Virus record (IMG/VR): IMGVR_UViG_3300031785_000003
Span: 1-55,086 of that record
DNA from: a virus
Taxonomy: Duplodnaviria > Caudoviricetes
Reading direction: 5' to 3' (one strand)
DNA: 55,086 nucleotides
The translations under genes were made by a program, and so were the position numbers. The notes under the pieces are model-generated. The model had not been told where the DNA came from and searched no databases. It worked only from the letters and a program-made list of their open reading frames with translations. Position 1 is the first letter of the stretch; each line of letters opens with the position of its first letter. Shown one piece after another: positions 42,206 to 50,457 of this stretch.

Positions 42206-42880
42206 CTATGCAAATGCAAGTTGTGGTGCTCCTAGTTGTATTGACCCAGAAGCCTTAACAAAATATGGTATGACATCGACTGCATTAGCAGCTGTTGATA
42301 TAGTTAAACCAGCACCACCTGCTGTTTCATAATCTGTACCAAGACTTAATGTTCTACTTCCTGTACCATCTTGTATAAATACTATAATACCAGATTGCCC
42401 CACTGACTCCGTGCTTGGATTAGCTAAGGTAACATTACCTGTTGCAGTCAGCACAAAATGCTGATAGGTATCAAAATCTAATGTAACACTGCCTGTCTGT
42501 GACCCAGCTGTTTGTGTACTACCTCTTTGTGCTTTAGTAAATGTACTGTTAGTATTTGTAAACACTATATCAGAAGGTGTAATTAACTCACCGAGTCCTG
42601 CTGCTGTTATACGAAGTTCAATTCTATCTCCAGATGAAAAAGACCTAGCTGACGTACTTTCTTGTGCTCTAGTAACTGTAAGAACATCTGTACTTCTTCC
42701 AGTAACTTTTACAATTTCAAGATTATTAGAAGAGTCAATTAGAGTTGCGAAAAAAAATTCGGCACCCGCTAGAGATGGAAAACGAGCTCCGTGACCACTT
42801 GCAACAGTAATACTTGTAGCACTAGTATTTATACCAGAAGCTAAAGTAGAATGGGCGTTGTTTGCAAATTTTATACTCAT
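42206..42880 (-). CDS. Tail fibre protein A (anchor paralogous to fibre B)
   Basis: N-terminal ~95 aa alignable to 37800..38933; IQDGTGSRTL C-terminal domain. Confidence 0.85.
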   Translation of the reverse strand: MSIKFANNAHSTLASGINTSATSITVASGHGARFPSLAGAEFFFATLIDSSNNLEIVKVTGRSTDVLTVTRAQESTSARSFSSGDRIELRITAAGLGELITPSDIVFTNTNSTFTKAQRGSTQTAGSQTGSVTLDFDTYQHFVLTATGNVTLANPSTESVGQSGIIVFIQDGTGSRTLSLGTDYETAGGAGLTISTAANAVDVIPYFVKASGSIQLGAPQLAFA

Positions 42881-42890
42881 ATTTAACTCC

Positions 42891-43331
42891 TTAGTTTACC
42901 GATACAGTCCAAGTAATACCTAATGTATCAGCTGATGCTTTGTTAATAACCGAAAAAACTGTTCTACATAATAATGTACCGCTTGAACTTGCATTAAATA
43001 TTCCAGCTTCTGTAAGTGCTCCTGTTCCTGTACCCGCAGGAAATGTTGCAACATAAGCTACATCATTGTTAGTTACAGTGGTAGAAGTAAGTGCTACTCT
43101 ACCTGCTTCAGAACCTAAAGCTGTATTTCCTGCAGCTGCAGCAGTACTACCTGTACCAATAGCCATATGACTCATGGCTGTTGCAGATGCATCTTTCATC
43201 CTTGACGCTATGTAACTTTTACCTGTTGTAACAACAAGGTTAGGTATAATTACCTCATGTTTTACATTTCCGTCAGGGCGTGTAAGAGTAAGTTTTAACT
43301 CACCCGTAACCTTAATAGAATCGTTTATCAT
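42891..43331 (-). CDS. Tail structural protein
   Basis: NLVVTTG, MAIGTG, TEAGIFN, ITWT. Confidence 0.8.
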   Translation of the reverse strand: MINDSIKVTGELKLTLTRPDGNVKHEVIIPNLVVTTGKSYIASRMKDASATAMSHMAIGTGSTAAAAGNTALGSEAGRVALTSTTVTNNDVAYVATFPAGTGTGALTEAGIFNASSSGTLLCRTVFSVINKASADTLGITWTVSVN

Positions 43332-43349
43332 TTATCCATCTCCTTTATT

Positions 43350-44678
43350 TTAATGTGATCCTGCTCCCATTGGTGTTTCATTAAAGAAATGCCCGTTCAC
43401 CGCATGAGAACCTGTTGTTGGTGAATCACTGGTATCAGTATATATAAAATTAACTAATAGTCCAGCATTTGTTAATTCACCATAAGTTATTGTATCAGAG
43501 TTTACAATAGGTTGTCCAATATATCCATCGCCACCTATCAAACCTGTAAACTCTTGAACACCATTGCTATCAGAAGTATCATCTAATATTACTGTGCTAT
43601 TTAATAAACTATCATCGTTTGAAATTTGTCCAGAAAAATCTAAAACTCTAAGCCTAAATAAATCTTGGTTAAACACTCTATTATAGTGTCGCACTGTATC
43701 TGAAGCACCCCCTAAAAACTTTTCATTAACTGCACTAAAACCTTCGTTAAGCAAAAATGATACGTCTGCTACCCTAGATACTTCGTTACTATTTCCTATA
43801 TGAAACCCTCTAACTTTACCTGTTTCTGCTCCATCAAATGCTGAAATTCTAGTTGGATATAATCTAGTCGTATCTCCTAATGTTAATGTCGTAGCTATAC
43901 TTTCTACAGCACTAACAGTATCTGTAGGATTTATTCCTATAGTAAATGGCCCAAATGAATCAGCCATAGTAATACTATCTGTAGAAATTCTATCTGGTTG
44001 TAATACTGGAGAATCAGAAGCAGTTACAGAATCAGTTTTACCTGCTGGTGTTACAGTCATTGCAGGTACATCACTTGCAGCCACAGTACTAGTTTTAGTA
44101 TTACCTGTATTTGCTTCGTTAATAATCTCTGTAATACTTACACTATCAGTTGGATTTAACCCTATAGTAAATGGCCCAAACGAGTCAGCCATAGTAATAC
44201 TATTTGAAAAACCTTTGTTTGGTACTATAAATGGAGAATCAGAAGCAGTTACAGAATCAGTTTTACCTGCTGGTGTTACAGTCATTGCAGGTGCATCAGA
44301 AATACTAATCGGGTCTGGATCAACATCAGAATCAGATAAATCAAAATCTATACTAGAATTAATAATTTTATTTGGTGTATCTGTTACATTAACTGAATCA
44401 GTCCTAACAATATCAACAGCCATAACAGGTGTATCAGAAACAGTTATTGAATCACCAGGTACTTTAGTTATTTCTAATACAAAACTAGAATCAGTTACAG
44501 ATACTGAATCGTCTGCTAATGATCTTGTAGGTACAATTTCAGTTGTAAAACTAATACTTCTAGCAGGAGCTGCAGCGTATGTTAAATTGGTAAATGTATT
44601 AGAAGCTGATATACTGTTTGCTACAGTTGTAAGAGATAGTAAAGTTACTGCGGCATATGTAAATTTTATATTAGCCAT
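43350..44678 (-). CDS. S/T/D-rich repeat tail protein
   Basis: Many 'DSV.V.D' units plus a 75-aa tandem duplication. Confidence 0.8.
   Translation of the reverse strand: MANIKFTYAAVTLLSLTTVANSISASNTFTNLTYAAAPARSISFTTEIVPTRSLADDSVSVTDSSFVLEITKVPGDSITVSDTPVMAVDIVRTDSVNVTDTPNKIINSSIDFDLSDSDVDPDPISISDAPAMTVTPAGKTDSVTASDSPFIVPNKGFSNSITMADSFGPFTIGLNPTDSVSITEIINEANTGNTKTSTVAASDVPAMTVTPAGKTDSVTASDSPVLQPDRISTDSITMADSFGPFTIGINPTDTVSAVESIATTLTLGDTTRLYPTRISAFDGAETGKVRGFHIGNSNEVSRVADVSFLLNEGFSAVNEKFLGGASDTVRHYNRVFNQDLFRLRVLDFSGQISNDDSLLNSTVILDDTSDSNGVQEFTGLIGGDGYIGQPIVNSDTITYGELTNAGLLVNFIYTDTSDSPTTGSHAVNGHFFNETPMGAGSH
43936..44292. repeat. 225-bp-period intragenic duplication
   Basis: 61 bp identical at 44007-44067 and 44232-44292; 43936 aligns with 44161. 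Confidence 0.9.
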
Positions 44679-45355
44679 TAGCTTATTATATTCCCCATAC
44701 CATTACCATGAACAGTACAATAATACTGAGTAGGTAAAGCTCCAGTTGCAGGTACGACTATTGTCACTTTAGCCCCAGCTTGTCCTGCAGTTCCTGTTAC
44801 TGTAACACCTGTTGTATATTGACTACCTGATGAATCTTTAAAATGCAAAGGATGACCAGAATTAGTTCCATCACTTTGATCAAATATATAAGTATTACCT
44901 CTAACAAAATTTAATACTGGATTACTAGAACCATTTAAATAAAACACATTACCTGTTCCACCACCATACAAATTACCACTGGCAACTGTTACAGTATAAG
45001 TAGTAGTGGTAGGAGTAGTATCAGAAAAATTTTCTCTTACTCTGAATCTTAATACATCATATACTGTTTGTAACTGTCCGTTAAAATCTACAACAATCTC
45101 ACCTTCGTATTCACCAGGGTCTACATTAAGAACATTGCCAGAAAAATTAAATTGAACTTTGCCATCTGTACCATCAGTTAAATTAGTACAAGTTATAGTA
45201 TTCAAAGTAGAAGTTCCTCCTACTGCTTTAAATTTAACTTTAACTATTGTTGTACCAGCAGAGACATCTAAAACTGTATTAGCAACATCATCTGTAAGTG
45301 TAACAATAATATTTGGAAGTTCGTCTCCTTTTACTAGTCTAATAATATCAGCCAT
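44678..45355 (-). CDS. Virion protein: BppU-like N-domain plus cupredoxin-like C-domain
   Basis: GKVQF...GEYEGEI; RGNTYIFDQSD, GHPLHF, YYCTVHGNGMG. Confidence 0.75.
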   Translation of the reverse strand: MADIIRLVKGDELPNIIVTLTDDVANTVLDVSAGTTIVKVKFKAVGGTSTLNTITCTNLTDGTDGKVQFNFSGNVLNVDPGEYEGEIVVDFNGQLQTVYDVLRFRVRENFSDTTPTTTTYTVTVASGNLYGGGTGNVFYLNGSSNPVLNFVRGNTYIFDQSDGTNSGHPLHFKDSSGSQYTTGVTVTGTAGQAGAKVTIVVPATGALPTQYYCTVHGNGMGNIIS

Positions 45356-45363
45356 AAATTACC

Positions 45364-46026
45364 TCACGCAAATTTTTGTGATTGTACCCTCATAGACGCT
45401 TTTGCTGCACCTAAGTTAGTTCTAGCTCTACGCTCAGATAACTTAAATGCAAACTGTCTAGCGTGATATGAAGCTAGTTCTCTATCACTCCATGTTCTAT
45501 CAGGCAACACTAAAAGATGTTGTAACGCTCCGTGCATTATAACATTTTCTAATTCATCTAAAAACTTTTTATCCATCTTTGTTGCTGTTCGTAATGGTTT
45601 TAAACATACAATCATTCTTACATCATATGTTTTACTATCATCTGGAATCGGAGCAACAGAAAAATTATCAGGGTCTAACTGTGTTATATATCTTGGCTCA
45701 GCTCTTTCATTAGCATCTTGGTTAGGCCATTTTGGATATATATCATATAGTTGTTCTAAAGTAAGTGGTTTTAATGAATTACCATTTACTGTAGCAGTTA
45801 CAAACGCATGTACTTCAGAATCATCTGGTGCTTCATATGCATAGTCATGTGCACCAGGGACTAACCTTATTCTAGGTTGTTCATAACGCCAAGCTAAAGT
45901 ACGCTCACATGCTTCTATAGCAGCATCACGAACATACTGCTCTATAACAGGAGTAGGACATCCGGGTACACTAGGGGAAAGTCTGTTAACAATATCGAGA
46001 AAAGTTCTGGTTGTATATGTAGGCAT
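45364..46026 (-). CDS. Head-tail adaptor-like protein
   Basis: 220 aa, VPGCP, AIEACERT..W; position after capsid module. Confidence 0.7.
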   Translation of the reverse strand: MPTYTTRTFLDIVNRLSPSVPGCPTPVIEQYVRDAAIEACERTLAWRYEQPRIRLVPGAHDYAYEAPDDSEVHAFVTATVNGNSLKPLTLEQLYDIYPKWPNQDANERAEPRYITQLDPDNFSVAPIPDDSKTYDVRMIVCLKPLRTATKMDKKFLDELENVIMHGALQHLLVLPDRTWSDRELASYHARQFAFKLSERRARTNLGAAKASMRVQSQKFA

Positions 46027-46670
46027 TACGCAACATCCTCCTCATCTAATCCACCTCGTTCTGTATCAGTAATAGCTCTGCTTTGTGCAGCTACCCCTAG
46101 AGCTTGGGTAAACGAAGTTTGGAATAATTGTGCTCTATTAGAATTAACATGTTCATTATCTACTGACTCTGCTATAAATACAGTTGCATCTATAACAACA
46201 GGAAAGTAAGCATCAGGTAGTAAAGCTACAGTTGCATCTCCAGCATAAACAGGAGGAGTTTGTGCATACTCACCTATTAATGTTTGGTTAGCAGGAGCTT
46301 TTGGATATATAAAAAATTTGTTTGCATTTCTTACATGACGCATAAAATTAATAGCAGGGCCTGCCGCAGTATTCATCCAAGTTGGTAATGATTGGTCTAG
46401 TATTTCTCTGTTAGTTTCAATAACACCATCACCATTTTTTACAGAATAAATTTCTAACAAACGAATTGAATCAGCAGGCATTGATTGTACTACAGCATTT
46501 TCTGTAGTAGGTATATCTGCAATAATTGCAAACAAATCAGGTCGCAAAACAGCAATACGTTTTAACGCTTGATTTGCAAAACCTAACATTACACTATCAC
46601 TATATCTTTGTGGTGATACAGTATCCTGTAATATTCGTCTTGCTTCTGTTATTACATCATTTAATATCAT
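46026..46670 (-). CDS. Head-tail adaptor / tubular protein A-like
   Basis: 214 aa, R.ILQD....RYSD, LRPD, FFIYP. Confidence 0.7.
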   Translation of the reverse strand: MILNDVITEARRILQDTVSPQRYSDSVMLGFANQALKRIAVLRPDLFAIIADIPTTENAVVQSMPADSIRLLEIYSVKNGDGVIETNREILDQSLPTWMNTAAGPAINFMRHVRNANKFFIYPKAPANQTLIGEYAQTPPVYAGDATVALLPDAYFPVVIDATVFIAESVDNEHVNSNRAQLFQTSFTQALGVAAQSRAITDTERGGLDEEDVA

Positions 46671-46914
46671 TTTCCAAACCTTTACTAGCTTCTTCTGCTA
46701 GTTCTGGTGGAGTCTCACCTTTTGGATTAGGTATGTTTTCTGTTTCCAAATTTACTTTAGGTGGTCTACCACGTTGTTTTTTTGGCATATGTTTTTCAGG
46801 AAATGCTTCTTCTTCAGTAACTTCTTCAGTCAATGGGTTCTCGGCTAGAATTTCATTCCATCCGTAAATCTCACCATCTTTAATATTTCTTAACCATTTC
46901 TTTTTTTCTGCCAT
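46657..46914 (-). CDS. Hypothetical protein
   Basis: AAGGAG SD; contains AT-hook-like KQRGRPPK. Confidence 0.8.
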   Translation of the reverse strand: MAEKKKWLRNIKDGEIYGWNEILAENPLTEEVTEEEAFPEKHMPKKQRGRPPKVNLETENIPNPKGETPPELAEEASKGLENDIK

Positions 46915-46926
46915 TTTTTTTCTCCT

Positions 46927-47166
46927 TTATGATTTCCAGCTTACACGACTAGATGAATTTTTCTTTCTCATTGCTGTCTTTGCTGCTGCAGTTTTACATT
47001 GTGCCATAGTAGGGCGACAAGCAGGGTACCCTCTTTTACTATCTTTTTTTGAACCACTTCGACCACAGGGTTTACCTGTTTTACAATCTACCCATCCTTT
47101 ACCTTTATTCTGAGCAAACCACTTACGAAGTGATGCACCTTTCTTAGTTTTTCTTACTGCCCCCAT
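46927..47166 (-). CDS. Small basic Cys-containing protein (79 aa)
   Basis: Start revised to MGAVRK just after the stop of 47168..47329; LRKWF...WVDCKTGKPCGR...YPACRP. Confidence 0.8.
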   Translation of the reverse strand: MGAVRKTKKGASLRKWFAQNKGKGWVDCKTGKPCGRSGSKKDSKRGYPACRPTMAQCKTAAAKTAMRKKNSSSRVSWKS

Positions 47167-47167
47167 A

Positions 47168-47329
47168 CTATGTTTTCTTCTTTTTACTTTTGTTACCCCA
47201 GTTAGCTGCGCCAACTTTTCTGCATTTAGCTAAAGCACCTGATGCATATGCACTAGGCCAAACTGAATAACGAGCTTTTACTTTATGATAACAAGCGTCT
47301 TTTTTAGATTTTACTTTTGGTGCTGCCAT
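47168..47329 (-). CDS. Small basic protein (53 aa; not in ORF track)
   Basis: MAAPKVKSKKDACYHKVKARYSVWPSAYASGALAKCRKVGAANWGNKSKKKKT fills the gap between neighbours. Confidence 0.85.
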   Translation of the reverse strand: MAAPKVKSKKDACYHKVKARYSVWPSAYASGALAKCRKVGAANWGNKSKKKKT

Positions 47330-47333
47330 AATA

Positions 47334-47582
47334 CTACCATTTCTTGCACGACCAATATCGTGCAGTTAGTTTACTTGGAGGAGACGTATCACATCTGTGT
47401 CTCGCTCTAAAATTTTTACGTCTGCCTGGTTGGTTCTTTTTAATTTTCATATTAGCATCTCCAAATCTAATAATTTTTTCTTTACCATTTGCGCATGCTT
47501 TTACAACAAACTTTTTACCGCCAGAAACCTGACGTCTCGGTTTATTACATGCCATTTTGGATTTATCAAGTTTTGGAGCCAT
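47334..47582 (-). CDS. Small basic protein (82 aa)
   Basis: KKFVVKAC...IRFGD...RRKNFRARHRC...ARYWSCKKW. Confidence 0.85.
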   Translation of the reverse strand: MAPKLDKSKMACNKPRRQVSGGKKFVVKACANGKEKIIRFGDANMKIKKNQPGRRKNFRARHRCDTSPPSKLTARYWSCKKW

Positions 47583-47751
47583 TACCCTTTGCTTTCATTT
47601 TTGCTTTTTTTGATAACTCACTAAAGTGAAATAATTTTACACTTGTCTTACCATGTGTTTTACCAGAATGTAATTCACCATTAGGCATTTTATGAGTATT
47701 ACCTGTAAAAAGAGTACCATCTCTTTTATAGTGTTTCATATTTTTACCCAT
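47566..47751 (-). CDS. Small basic His-rich protein
   Basis: AAGGAG SD; HY..DG, THKMPNG.LHSGKTH. Confidence 0.85.
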   Translation of the reverse strand: MGKNMKHYKRDGTLFTGNTHKMPNGELHSGKTHGKTSVKLFHFSELSKKAKMKAKGNGSKT

Positions 47752-47769
47752 GCTTACTCCTTTGTAAGA

Positions 47770-47787
47770 GGGGGGCCGAAGCCCCCC
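47770..47787 (-). terminator. cUUCGg hairpin after the capsid operon
   Basis: GGGGGGC-TTCG-GCCCCCC on the minus strand, weak U-tract. Confidence 0.75.
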
Positions 47788-47796
47788 TAGTTAGTT

Positions 47797-48255
47797 TTAC
47801 TCTGAACAATCAACCATTACGGCAGTTAAAGTCATAACTGCTGCATCAGCTGCGTTGTTTAGTTTAACATCAATAGTATCTGCTGCTGTGTAAAACCTAC
47901 CTTGCTCGTAAGCATCTGTTCCAGCAACAGTAATATATGCTGCTGTAGCATTAGCGTTAACACCGTCAATGTAACCATCATCATTTGAGCCATCACCAAC
48001 GTCAACAGTTAATGTCCCTCCTTCAGCGGTTGTTACATTCAGAGCCACGTTAGTTACTAACGTATTAGCAGGAACTCTTATTACTTCAAGAATATCACCA
48101 CTTGTAAGTGCAGTCAGACCAGCTGCTGCTCTCTCAGTAGTAATAGTCGCAAAGTTTAAGTCCACGCTTATGGTTGAAACTTTATTAATACCTTTAGCAA
48201 CATGTGCTGCACCAGTACCAAGTTTATAACCTTTTCCATCATTGTATGTAGCCAT
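47797..48255 (-). CDS. Capsid decoration / minor capsid protein
   Basis: 152 aa beta-rich, strong SD, immediately after MCP. Confidence 0.7.
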   Translation of the reverse strand: MATYNDGKGYKLGTGAAHVAKGINKVSTISVDLNFATITTERAAAGLTALTSGDILEVIRVPANTLVTNVALNVTTAEGGTLTVDVGDGSNDDGYIDGVNANATAAYITVAGTDAYEQGRFYTAADTIDVKLNNAADAAVMTLTAVMVDCSE

Positions 48256-48265
48256 TTCGCCCTCC

Positions 48266-49171
48266 TTATACTGTTACAATCATTGTGGCAAGAGCTTCAG
48301 GCTTGACGACTTTATAGCCGTAAACTTGAAGACCACGAATGATGTTACCAAAAGTTGTTTCAGAACGAATAGTTTCCATATTTGTCATCTGTGATGCAAA
48401 TGTGAATCCCATTGTGTGTCCACCAATAACGCTAAACTCACTACCATTTTTAAAAAGGTTGTGAGAAACGTAAACAGTAAATCTGTCAATCATACCAAGT
48501 CTTCCGTTTCTCAATGGTGTACTTCCGTCACCAGTGATAGACGCATCTTTAAGGTCTGATTGCTTGATTAGACCAGCCATCTTAGCAGGAATCACAAGAA
48601 AACGATTCTGCTCAGGACAGTTAGCTTCGTCAAGAACTGTTCCCATGTCTACGATTTTACCAATCACGTTGGTAGCATCAAGAGCTTCAGGAGTACCTGC
48701 TACACCAAGATCAATGTTACCAGAAATTCTTCCAGCTGTTTGACCTTTGTTGTTTGCGGATACATCAGGTAACAAATCAGTTAAAACTCTTTGGTCAATT
48801 TTAATCTTCATACGCTCAGAAGCGTCTTTAGACCACATGTCCATTAAGTTCATGTCTGTTTGTACTTGATCAATATCATCTTCAACGCAGGCAAAGTATT
48901 CACCTTTGTCAATGATGAGTTGTAGTTTAGCCTTGTCAGGATTCTCTACTGAAAGAGTTTGACCCTTAACATAGGTTTGAATAGTGATTTCAGGAGTGGT
49001 TCGGATATTAACCGTATCACCCATGTTTCTGATTTCACCCTCATAGTCAGTGTTTGAGATTGCTGCGAGCACTGTGGCATCGTAGAAATTCTCTATAAGT
49101 TTCCCCGACCATATTTCAGGAATAAAATTTCCTGTATACTGCGGGTTCCCTGATGATGTTGCATAAGCCAT
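48266..49171 (-). CDS. Major capsid protein (HK97 fold, P22-coat-like)
   Basis: FIPEIWSGKL, NTDYEGEI...GDTVNI, RGLQVYGYKVVKPEAL. Confidence 0.92.
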   Translation of the reverse strand: MAYATSSGNPQYTGNFIPEIWSGKLIENFYDATVLAAISNTDYEGEIRNMGDTVNIRTTPEITIQTYVKGQTLSVENPDKAKLQLIIDKGEYFACVEDDIDQVQTDMNLMDMWSKDASERMKIKIDQRVLTDLLPDVSANNKGQTAGRISGNIDLGVAGTPEALDATNVIGKIVDMGTVLDEANCPEQNRFLVIPAKMAGLIKQSDLKDASITGDGSTPLRNGRLGMIDRFTVYVSHNLFKNGSEFSVIGGHTMGFTFASQMTNMETIRSETTFGNIIRGLQVYGYKVVKPEALATMIVTV

Positions 49172-49193
49172 ATATGACCTCCTTTATTGTTAA

Positions 49194-50201
49194 TTAAGCA
49201 ACGACAATGCGACCTTCTTGCTGTGCGGCAAAAATGTCACGTTCAATACGACCTCGCTCATCATCTCTTCCTTTATATTTACCTTTTCTGACATCAGCAA
49301 AAAATTCCTTAATATCTTTCTGGGTATATGTTTTGGCTTGTCCAGAAGGTTTTACTCCATTGTTTCTACTTTTACCTGGAGAAACTTGTTTCTGTAACTG
49401 AGACTGTTGAGCACTACGGTCAACCTGAGCAGTATCCGTCTTACCATTTGCCCCTTCCCAAGTTCTAAAAAACTGAATTACTCTGTTTGCATCTAGCTGC
49501 TTTTGTGCATCTTCTAAGTACGTTTGTCGGCTAATACCAGTCAAAGGATCAATTTCTAATAACCAAGATTTAAAATCTTCGTTACTATTAATTTCGTTCC
49601 AATTTGGTACTTCATTAGAAATAGTAGTCCAAAATATTTGCTCACCAGACTTTTTCTGTTGTGCTTGTACCTGTTGTACTTGAGGTAAAACACCTTGAAG
49701 CTGTCCTAATTGTTGTTTTAACTGTGCAATCTCTTGAGAAACTTCTTCACGAGCTGCTTTCTTCATAACAGCAATTGAGTCGCCGTACTCTTTAACATCG
49801 TCATCTGTAATTAATTTAGCAGTTTGAACTGGTGTTTTTTGAGCAGGTTCATCTTTTACTGTACTTAACAGTTGTTCTAATTGAGCTACACGGGAAGTAA
49901 GGTCTCTGTTCTGCGCGTTTAAACGAGGAACATCAGAATTATACATCCCTTGTAAAGACTTATATTTCTGTTGCCAGTTGTCTTTCGGTTCTTGGTCGCC
50001 TGACTCCGTTTGCTCTTGCGGTTCAGACTGAGGTGCTTGTTCTTTCACACTGTCGGAAGGTGTAGGTTCTTCTACATTCTCAACGACAGGCTCAGTAGTA
50101 GCCTCGGCTTTTGCCTGTGCTTCTTCTGGTTCTCCGTTAATTTGTTTATACAACTCTTGTACTTCCTCTGATTGTTTTTGAACTTGCTTTGGTATTGACA
50201 T
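49194..50201 (-). CDS. Capsid scaffolding protein
   Basis: Acidic/Q-rich coiled coil, YKSLQGMY, terminal I.AA..EGRI; just upstream of MCP. Confidence 0.85.
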   Translation of the reverse strand: MSIPKQVQKQSEEVQELYKQINGEPEEAQAKAEATTEPVVENVEEPTPSDSVKEQAPQSEPQEQTESGDQEPKDNWQQKYKSLQGMYNSDVPRLNAQNRDLTSRVAQLEQLLSTVKDEPAQKTPVQTAKLITDDDVKEYGDSIAVMKKAAREEVSQEIAQLKQQLGQLQGVLPQVQQVQAQQKKSGEQIFWTTISNEVPNWNEINSNEDFKSWLLEIDPLTGISRQTYLEDAQKQLDANRVIQFFRTWEGANGKTDTAQVDRSAQQSQLQKQVSPGKSRNNGVKPSGQAKTYTQKDIKEFFADVRKGKYKGRDDERGRIERDIFAAQQEGRIVVA

Positions 50202-50235
50202 AATCGCTCCTATCGGTGTGCGTAATTAACAGCTG

Positions 50236-50457
50236 TCATTTTGACTTTGCTGAAAACGTTTCAGGGGACTGTTCTATTAACCTAGTAATTTCTGACAAAA
50301 CTTGGCACCGCCCCTGTGCAAGTGCTGTGTTTTGCAAGACACTTGGTAGCGTCTGTAACTCGTGATCGCGCCATTCCTTTAACCATTCTAAGATTTCAGG
50401 ATACTGACGACTCACTGTAGCTATAGACTTAACAACCTCTGGCTTTGGACTAATCAT
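50236..50457 (-). CDS. Small protein between portal and scaffold
   Basis: 73 aa, AQGR motif, ATGA coupling to portal. Confidence 0.8.
   Translation of the reverse strand: MISPKPEVVKSIATVSRQYPEILEWLKEWRDHELQTLPSVLQNTALAQGRCQVLSEITRLIEQSPETFSAKSK

Noticed and set aside
37800-44678. Diversity-generating retroelement or invertible tail-fibre switch
   Set aside because: No reverse transcriptase or invertase gene; the repeats are direct in-frame duplications without adenine-specific mismatches
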